Assembly (NCBI GenBank): GCA_044869275.1
Contig: JBIOXB010000212.1
Span: 1-45,305, forward strand
DNA length: 45,305 bases
Source: a bacterium
GTDB lineage: Bacteria > Zhuqueibacterota > Zhuqueibacteria > Zhuqueibacterales > Zhuqueibacteraceae
Direction: 5' to 3'
The notes under the pieces were generated by a model, which was not told where the DNA came from, made no database searches, and saw nothing but the letters and a program-made list of their open reading frames with translations. This document shows, in pieces, positions 38,574 through 45,305 of the stretch; the first letter of the stretch is position 1; the number at the start of each line of letters is the position of its first letter. The position numbers and the translations under genes are program-made.

Positions 38574-39708
38574 GATGAGTCTCTCCAGCTTGCGGACTGG
38601 ACAAAAAAGCCGGGCCTTGCTTTCGCGGCGGCATGATCGTCTCCACCAAATCATCGCCCCAACGCTGCCCCTGCGCCAGCAATTGCCGCAATCTGATAAA
38701 ATCCACTTCGCGATGGCCTTTGCTGCCTTCGTTGAAGGCTTTGAATCCGGCGCGGCCTTCAGTCAACATGTTCATGCCCAGCCAGGCGCGATTGCTCTCG
38801 CGGTTGCGATCCCAATGTTCGAGTTTGTGCTTGCGCACGGATTCGAGGGTTTTGGTCAAGCAGCCAGGGACAGTCATCAAGAGCGAGGCGCACAAGCGAT
38901 TGATTGCTTGGTCGAGAAGCGCAAGATCGGTGTCACACTGGCTGAGCAAGGCTTTTGCTTTTAGTTTTTCCTCGCCGCTGCGCACTTCGCCAAAAACGAT
39001 TTTGCCGGTATCATCAATCCAGCGGTCGGAGATGACGAGCGGGTTCGAGATAAACTTGCCCTCTTTTTTCAAAACCGGTACAATCTCGGTGAGCAGGCCG
39101 AGGCGAGAAGCTTTGTGCGCGCTCCATAATTCGCACAGCGTGCAGCTCATCATCGCGTTTTCAATGCCGACAAAGAGCGGGAGAAAATCCGTCGAGCCGC
39201 CGTCGGGTGCAGAGCCATGCTTCGGGCCGGCTTGACCAAACATCGCCATGTCGCTCGCGATAGAAAAGTCACAGGCCATGCCGATCTCCTGTCCGCCGCC
39301 GATGCGCATGCCGTTGACGCGGCAAATCACCGGCTTGTCGCAGTGCAAAATCGCCGTGACCATGTCGTTGAAGAGCCGCATGTACTGGCGGTATTCCTCC
39401 GGCTGGCCGCCATAATATTCCGCATACTCCTTCGTGTTCCCGCCGGTGCAAAAGGCTTGATGGCCGGCGCCAGTGAAAACTACCGCGACAACGTTGCGCG
39501 CATTCGACGCCGTGCGAAACGCCAGAATCACTTCTTTCACCATTTGCGTGGTGTAGGAATTGAACTGCTCCGGATTATTCAGAATGATCCACGCATTGTA
39601 CAAGCCTTCGACCGGTTTACCTTGTTGATCGAGGCAGGGCTTCAATTCATAGTTGACTCGGGTAAATTTGAAATCGGGGACGAGGTTGTGCTCTTTGAAA
39701 GCTGTCAT
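38563..39708 (-). CDS. oah: 6-oxocyclohex-1-ene-1-carbonyl-CoA hydrolase (ring-opening; BamA/Oah)
   Basis: NNPEQFNSYTT, FCTGGNTKEYAEYY, NGMRIGGGQEIGMACD and GQAGPKHGSAPDGG motifs; ATG 39708. Confidence 0.95.
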   Translation of the reverse strand: MTAFKEHNLVPDFKFTRVNYELKPCLDQQGKPVEGLYNAWIILNNPEQFNSYTTQMVKEVILAFRTASNARNVVAVVFTGAGHQAFCTGGNTKEYAEYYGGQPEEYRQYMRLFNDMVTAILHCDKPVICRVNGMRIGGGQEIGMACDFSIASDMAMFGQAGPKHGSAPDGGSTDFLPLFVGIENAMMSCTLCELWSAHKASRLGLLTEIVPVLKKEGKFISNPLVISDRWIDDTGKIVFGEVRSGEEKLKAKALLSQCDTDLALLDQAINRLCASLLMTVPGCLTKTLESVRKHKLEHWDRNRESNRAWLGMNMLTEGRAGFKAFNEGSKGHREVDFIRLRQLLAQGQRWGDDLVETIMPPRKQGPAFLSSPQAGETHHEV

Positions 39709-39765
39709 AGAATGCTCCACGCATTTTTCCGTTAGCACCAAAATTTTTTGCAAAAACTTTTTGAG

Positions 39766-39810
39766 TTCGGATTACACGGGTTAGGCGGATTTTTATGATT
39801 TGGCCGATCA
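39766..39810. repeat. Single-arm nonamer array starting at the kinase stop codon
   Basis: Minus strand: TGATCGGCC AAATCATAA AAATCCGCC TAACCCGTG TAATCCGAA. Confidence 0.55.
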
Positions 39811-42800
39811 TTTGTTTGTCACCTCCTGCAATTTTCGTCTGGCCAATTGCAGATCATCCTGAATCGCTTGCTTTTCCGGTGCCAATGCAGCGGCTTGTTC
39901 CAAGTATTGCACGGCTTTTTGGTACTCGCCTTTTTTCAGGCGAGCCAGACCCAATGTGTGCTGGGGAATGGCGTAATACGAGTAGGTTGCAGCCCGACTG
40001 TGTGTGGTTTCAAAGATGGCGTTATAAGAATAGGCTGGAGACGTTTGCGGCCAGTCTTCGGGTTTGAAGTTGAGCGCTTTTTCGGCGCAGGCCATGCCGC
40101 GATCAATATCGAGTTCCCCAGCGACGAGAACATACGCCATTAAATTGTAGCCGGCGAAGCTGGTGTCCAGCGCCTTTTCGGCAAAGGTTTTGGCCTCGTC
40201 ATAGCGCGCCTGCTCGGCGAAAAGGTATCCTCTCTGCAGGTGTGCTTCAACCGAGGTCGAATCGAGAGTGAGGGCTTTGCGCAAATTGTTCTCTGCGGCA
40301 GCGTAATCTCTCTGCAATATGCCAATGGCCCCCAGATCGACAAGCGCTGATATTTTTTCACTTCGCGCAGGTGCCACTTCCAAATATCTTTCATGATAGG
40401 TTCTTGCCGCCGCCAGGTTTTTGTTGTAAAAGGCGGCCCAACGGATGCCATCGAGCAGCGCTCGATGCTCAGGGTTTATTTCAAGGCCCCGGCGAAATGT
40501 TTCTTCGGCTTCTGGATATTTTCTCTGCTCGTACAAAGTCTCTCCCAGGGCGAGGAGCAAGGTGACATGTTTGGCGTTCAATTCGAGACCTTTGCGAAGG
40601 ACTGCTTCGGCTTCAGAATATTTTTTTTGATTGTACAAATTCGTTCCCTGTTGTAGATAAGCTAATTGTCTCATTTCGGGGAAATCCGGGACGGCGACGG
40701 GCTTGTCCAATTCGTTTTCGGGATCAAAATTTTCCACCAGCCACACATCAGACTGTTCTTCTTTGTCTGGGTAAACCAATTGCTTTTCGTCGGGACTCAT
40801 GTCGATTATCGTTTCGCTGTCATAGCCTTCATAGGGAAGGACAACCATGTCCTGAGGTTGTCCGCCATCTATTGGGATTTTAAGAATTTTCAGCGGTTTT
40901 TTTGCAGCATCACAGGCATAAATCCACCTCCCGCCAGCCGACCACTTGATTGGATGTACGTGTCCCCTATATAAAAGAACCTGTGAATGATCTTTAAGAG
41001 ACACCAACCAAATGCCTTGCGTACTCTTTCCCGCCTTATCCCACCTATTGCAGTACACCACCACATTTTTGGCATTGGGAGAATAGCACGGCCGAAATAT
41101 CCAGCCGGTCCCTTCAGGTTGTTTTTCGACGAGTGGTCTCTCCGCTTCTGTGGTCGAATTGAGAAAATGATAATTCTGGTTCAGATCACGCTGATATAAA
41201 ATATCCGTACCCGGATGCCAGGTGAGCCTGGAAAGATCTGTGCTTAATTCACTTTTTAGAAATGGGCGAGGCGTTCCGCCTTTGGAGTTAACTTTCCAGA
41301 CTCTGGGAATTCCATCTTGTGTCGAGCCAAAGGCGATTTCGTCTCCGTCCGGACTCCAGGCCGGGCCAAAGTTATACGAATTCAGATAGGTAAGCTGCTG
41401 CATAGGGCCGCCAGCAAGCGGCATGACAAAGAGATTGGCCCGAGGCCGCTTGCCGATGCTAAAGACAACGCTTTTTCCATCCGGTGAAATCGCCGGATCA
41501 TGCGCCCACAATGTGCCTATGGTCAATGGTCTGGTCTCGAAGGTTCGGTTCTTGCCTTCACCCTTGAGTGTGACAAGCCATAAGTTTTGTGAGGTCGTCT
41601 CGCGGGTATAGAGCAAACGCTTATTGTCCCTCGTCAGCGTAAAATAACCGCCAAACGGCAAGCCTGCCAGCAGCGTTGCCGGGGAACTCTGGCTTTTGCC
41701 GGATTCCGGGGAAATACGAACCTTCATCAGGTCTTGCGTTTGGCCATCCGAGCGCAAATAATAAACGACGCTGCCATCGGCGGACCAACGCGGAGAAAAC
41801 AGCGCCAGGCTGTCTTCCAACACCTGCTGTTGCTCACTTCCATCAATGTTGATCGTCCAGATCGTATATCCTTTCGGAGCTTGCGTTAGAAACGCGAGAC
41901 GGTTGCTCAATGGGGACCAGTCCAGGCTCAACACCGGTGAAAAAGATTTGCTGAAATGCAAGTATGCCTGCTCGCCTGCGCTTTTGCTCGCTATAGTCAT
42001 AAACGAATGGAAATAGGAACCGGCGACCTGAGAACCATTGGGAGACCAGCAGGTGATAATTTGAAAATCGATGTTGCCGATGTTACGGGCGTTGCCGCCA
42101 AGCCTCGGCAGCAATGTGACTTGCCAATTCGCACTAAACACAAATTCCGTCCCATCCGGTGACCATCGCGGATACTCGCACCGATCAGCCTGATAGACCT
42201 CGAGGGGTTGTCCCCCAACCAGATCCTGCACCATCACTTTTTGTCCAGCTATATGCTGTCGTGTCACATAAGCGATGAATTGGCCATCCGGAGAAATAGC
42301 CGGAAAACTCGCGTCGCCAACGAAGGTCAATTGCTTATGCGTGGGAACGCCATGTTTGGCCGGCTGCCGGTTGAACATGTAAAGAGAAACAATGAGCAGC
42401 GCTGCAAAAGCCAGCACAAACGCAACGGGCTTTGGCTTTCTTTGCTGGAATAATTTCCTTCTAACGGTAACCGGTTTAATTAGCTCGGCGGTGCTTTTCC
42501 TTTCCCGCTTCAAATCTGCCAGAAGATCATCAACATGCTGATATCGCGTTCCCCGATCTTTATCCAAAGTCTTATCCACAATCCGCTGCAATGCGTCTGA
42601 CACCCCGGCTTTGTAGCGAGCCAAAGGTTCCGGCTGTTCGTTCATGATCGAATAGAACAAGGCCGCTTCATATTCCCCTTTGAAAGGCAATTGCCCGGCG
42701 ATCATCTCATACAGCACTACGCCCAGCGACCAGATGTCGGTGCGGTGATCAACCTCTTCACCCCGCGCTTGCTCAGGTGACATGTAGCTAATGGTTCCCA

Positions 42801-43308
42801 GTGTGGTTGCTTCCGCGGTCAACTTGGACACGCCGCGCAGCTTGGCTAAGCCAAAGTCCAATATCTTGACTCGGCCATCTGCAGCGATCATGAGGTTTTC
42901 CGGTTTCAAATCGCGGTGGGTAATGCCGGCTTGGTGTGCTGCCGCCAAGCCTTCGCAAACCTGGGAGGCGATATTGATCACTTCATCAATTAGCAATGGC
43001 ACTATCGCAGTCTTTATTTTTTCCCGCAAGGATTGCCCTTTGATATATTCCATAGCGATGAAAGCGCGGCCTTCGTGCTCACCTATTTCATGCACCGTGA
43101 TGATATTCGGATGGTTCAACGCCGCGGCAGCTTTGGCCTCGCGCTGGAAGCGGGCATTCGCGTCGGCATCGAGTGAGGCGTGGGGCGGCAGGAATTTCAT
43201 CGCGACTTTGCGGTCGAGCTTGGTATCTTCGGCGAGGTAAACCTCGCCCATGCCGCCTGCGCCGAGTTTTTCGAGGATTTTGTAATGAGAGATAATTTTG
43301 CCAATCAT
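39808..43308 (-). CDS. Hanks-type Ser/Thr protein kinase with TM, PD40/TolB-like beta-propeller and TPR domains
   Basis: GAGGMGEVY, VAMK, HRDLKPEN, DFGLAK and YMSPEQ motifs; TM VAFVLAFAALLIVSLYMF; repeated PxWSPDG; C-terminal TPRs. Confidence 0.95.
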   Translation of the reverse strand: MIGKIISHYKILEKLGAGGMGEVYLAEDTKLDRKVAMKFLPPHASLDADANARFQREAKAAAALNHPNIITVHEIGEHEGRAFIAMEYIKGQSLREKIKTAIVPLLIDEVINIASQVCEGLAAAHQAGITHRDLKPENLMIAADGRVKILDFGLAKLRGVSKLTAEATTLGTISYMSPEQARGEEVDHRTDIWSLGVVLYEMIAGQLPFKGEYEAALFYSIMNEQPEPLARYKAGVSDALQRIVDKTLDKDRGTRYQHVDDLLADLKRERKSTAELIKPVTVRRKLFQQRKPKPVAFVLAFAALLIVSLYMFNRQPAKHGVPTHKQLTFVGDASFPAISPDGQFIAYVTRQHIAGQKVMVQDLVGGQPLEVYQADRCEYPRWSPDGTEFVFSANWQVTLLPRLGGNARNIGNIDFQIITCWSPNGSQVAGSYFHSFMTIASKSAGEQAYLHFSKSFSPVLSLDWSPLSNRLAFLTQAPKGYTIWTINIDGSEQQQVLEDSLALFSPRWSADGSVVYYLRSDGQTQDLMKVRISPESGKSQSSPATLLAGLPFGGYFTLTRDNKRLLYTRETTSQNLWLVTLKGEGKNRTFETRPLTIGTLWAHDPAISPDGKSVVFSIGKRPRANLFVMPLAGGPMQQLTYLNSYNFGPAWSPDGDEIAFGSTQDGIPRVWKVNSKGGTPRPFLKSELSTDLSRLTWHPGTDILYQRDLNQNYHFLNSTTEAERPLVEKQPEGTGWIFRPCYSPNAKNVVVYCNRWDKAGKSTQGIWLVSLKDHSQVLLYRGHVHPIKWSAGGRWIYACDAAKKPLKILKIPIDGGQPQDMVVLPYEGYDSETIIDMSPDEKQLVYPDKEEQSDVWLVENFDPENELDKPVAVPDFPEMRQLAYLQQGTNLYNQKKYSEAEAVLRKGLELNAKHVTLLLALGETLYEQRKYPEAEETFRRGLEINPEHRALLDGIRWAAFYNKNLAAARTYHERYLEVAPARSEKISALVDLGAIGILQRDYAAAENNLRKALTLDSTSVEAHLQRGYLFAEQARYDEAKTFAEKALDTSFAGYNLMAYVLVAGELDIDRGMACAEKALNFKPEDWPQTSPAYSYNAIFETTHSRAATYSYYAIPQHTLGLARLKKGEYQKAVQYLEQAAALAPEKQAIQDDLQLARRKLQEVTNK

Positions 43309-43419
43309 CTCATCGTCCTCTTAAGAAAGGTTCGCCTCGCTCTGTTAGGCAACATTATTTGCTTAAATCCGCATTGGCATCGCGCCAGCTTCATGAGTGG
43401 CTTCCATGTAACTGTTCGA

Positions 43420-43455
43420 GACACTGCTTACTGTTAACTGAATACTGATTACTGG
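43420..43455. repeat. Single-arm heptamer array starting at the had stop codon
   Basis: Minus strand: CCAGTAA TCAGTAT TCAGTTA ACAGTAA GCAGTGT. Confidence 0.65.
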
Positions 43456-44534
43456 AAATCCGGCACCAGCACCGGACGTTTATCCAACTCACGCCGATGC
43501 ACGCGCGCGAAGACAGAATTGATCTCGCTCAATGGAAAAGTTTGGACAAAGGGCGCTAATTGAATCTTGCCTTGCTGAACGAACTCCAACACTTCGGGAT
43601 AGAAGCGCGGATGGCAGCCCCAGTTGCCGAAGGCGCGTGCATCAAACGCCATTAGGTTACTGAGACGCAATTCCAGCGTATCCATGGTAAAGCCGACGAC
43701 GCTCAACGTTGCGCCATGCGTCAACAAGCCGAACGCCAATTCCTGGCCGGCTTTGGTGCCGGAGGTTTCAAAGATTTTCCATTCGAATGGCGAAAGCGAT
43801 TTCTCTTTGACAAAATCTTGGAGAGCCTGACGAATGGCCTTTTTATCCAACGTTTTTGGATTCAAAGTGAGATCGGCGCCGTATGGCGACAGGAGATTGA
43901 GCTTGCGGTCATCAATGTCAATGGCGACCACCGCAGCGCCCAAAGCTTTGGCAATTTGCACACCGAATCCGCCGATGCCGCCGACGCCGATGAAAATCGC
44001 CACATCGCTTTTGGCAAGACCAGAGGTCTTCACGGCTTGATACGGCGTCGTGACCGCATCGGCGACGACGGCCAGTTCTCGCAAGCTAATGCCGGAGGCA
44101 CCGAAAGTCGTTGTTTCGTCTGGTACGGGCACTGGACACAGATACCGCCCCGGCACAACGATGTGGCTGGCGAATCCGCCGTCGATATGATTGCCCGGCA
44201 TTTTCTGCCGGCGACAAATCGTGCCGCGCCCCTTGCGGCAGAGTTCGCATTCGCCGCACGGTAAAACCGCGGGAATGATGACGGCTTTGCCGAGAAAGTC
44301 ATCAAAGTTGGAACCTGCTTCTTCGACAATGCCACTGATCTCGTGGCCAAGTGTCAAGGGAGGTGATTTGACCGTTTTGGTTCCTTCGTAGAAAAACCCT
44401 AGATCGGTATGGCAAACTCCACAGCCTGCCACGCGTACCAGGACATCGTCATCGGCCAAAGCCGGCGCGGGGATCTCCTCCTGCTGCATCAGTTGGCTGG
44501 TGCCGGTCATTTTCCAACTTTCTATTGAAAACAT
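43449..44534 (-). CDS. had: 6-hydroxycyclohex-1-ene-1-carbonyl-CoA dehydrogenase (Zn-dependent)
   Basis: GCGVCHTDLG, LGHEISG, PCGECELC...C, KMPGNHIDGGFASH, VADAVTTPYQA and RLSNLMAFDA..GNWGC motifs. Confidence 0.93.
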   Translation of the reverse strand: MFSIESWKMTGTSQLMQQEEIPAPALADDDVLVRVAGCGVCHTDLGFFYEGTKTVKSPPLTLGHEISGIVEEAGSNFDDFLGKAVIIPAVLPCGECELCRKGRGTICRRQKMPGNHIDGGFASHIVVPGRYLCPVPVPDETTTFGASGISLRELAVVADAVTTPYQAVKTSGLAKSDVAIFIGVGGIGGFGVQIAKALGAAVVAIDIDDRKLNLLSPYGADLTLNPKTLDKKAIRQALQDFVKEKSLSPFEWKIFETSGTKAGQELAFGLLTHGATLSVVGFTMDTLELRLSNLMAFDARAFGNWGCHPRFYPEVLEFVQQGKIQLAPFVQTFPLSEINSVFARVHRRELDKRPVLVPDFQ

Positions 44535-44555
44535 AGAATACCCTTTTCTTTTTCT

Positions 44556-45011
44556 TTATACCACGACGATTTCACAAATAGTTTTTTCAATAAGAATGCC
44601 GTGATGCCTCGTGTGTTTGAAAGTAGCCAAACGCATGCCGCGTTTGCGCAGCGCCGGAATAGGTCTTTCAATTAGCGTGGTCTTGCCGGAGCCGGAGTAT
44701 CTGACGACTTCCGAAATCGCCGGTGGTTTTACAGGCTGCAGCGGCGGCCAGGGATAGATCGAATAAGCGGCCTTGCCTTGACCGCGGCCATCCAAACCGT
44801 GACACGGTGCATATACTTTGATGCAAGCTATTTTCTCGTTAGACAGAAGCAGATTGGAAACGAGGAGAGTCTTGGTAGGACGGAGTGATACTGGGATGGG
44901 GCCGGTTTGTACGGCTTGCGCTTCGACATGGCTGGCAAAGATAAGAAACCATAAGAGCGCGAGGAGCATGCTCATTCCTAACCTTTTGCAATGCAACTGC
45001 CGGATGATCAT
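44556..45011 (-). pseudogene. Chimeric remnant: degenerate cytochrome c fragment plus MobB N-terminal fragment
   Basis: Signal-like N-terminus; YAPCHGLDGRGQGKAA..IYPWP (CxxCH missing its first Cys); VVRYSGSGKTTLIERPIPALRKRGMRLATFKHTRH (MobB Walker A region), then truncated. Confidence 0.55.
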
Positions 45012-45118
45012 TGCGCCACCTCATCTTTAGGTTAGCTTTCGGCTCCAGTCCTAAAATCGTTGACTTGTCATACAAAATGTCCGTTTCTTAAGATTGATAA
45101 AACTGCCAATCCATGCTT

Positions 45119-45305
45119 TCAAATATCCTGTCGATTCAACAGTTTTTGTGAAAGCCACAATGGGAGCACAATCCAAAACATGAGCCCAACCAGGAGCAGC
45201 AGCACGCTTGACATCTTCCCGCCGAGAAACCTCAACAACGCTGCCCCCGCAGCGCCGAAAATGGTGACGCTGTCGAGAATGATGAGTCCAGCCACGCGCA
45301 CCATA
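45119..45305 (-). CDS. C-terminal end of an ABC-2-type permease, NosY-like (starts beyond the window)
   Basis: VRVAGLIILDSVTIFGAAGAALLRFLG...WIVLPLWLSQKLLNRQDI resembles NosY C-termini. Confidence 0.6.
   Translation of the reverse strand, partial: MVRVAGLIILDSVTIFGAAGAALLRFLGGKMSSVLLLLVGLMFWIVLPLWLSQKLLNRQDI

Overview
Bacterial chromosomal window from an anaerobic or facultative diderm. T9SS-type C-terminal sorting domains, the kinase architecture and the TonB operon layout suggest the FCB group, possibly KSB1/Calditrichota-like (inference). From left to right it holds: (1) a minus-strand ferredoxin/C1 block (2-oxoacid:ferredoxin oxidoreductase alpha/beta, fhs, NfnA-like gene running off the edge); (2) a repetitive tail-fibre-like secreted protein followed by two T9SS-type cargo proteins; (3) a Cys-rich MerR regulator and a polysulfide/thiosulfate reductase (PsrABC-type) operon with two YeeE/YedE proteins and a membrane rhodanese; (4) a putative sigma54-driven operon of cytochrome c-YHS lipoprotein, TonB x2, small membrane protein, PstS-like lipoprotein, TPR protein, ExbB and ExbD x2, followed by CMK-like and OsmC genes; (5) CBS and FGE-fold genes; (6) an anaerobic benzoyl-CoA pathway cluster (had, oah, dch, SDR, class I benzoyl-CoA reductase and a small Cys protein) interrupted by a 1166-aa Ser/Thr kinase; (7) a cytochrome c/MobB chimeric remnant and the end of a NosY-like permease. 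The most striking unexplained structure is about 14 intergenic arrays of degenerate repeats (mostly 7-10-nt units), usually followed by their reverse complement. They sit at gene junctions, and several begin in register with the upstream stop codon. No rRNA, tRNA, CRISPR, transposase, integrase or reverse transcriptase was recognised. All assignments come from motif recognition by eye; no searches were run.
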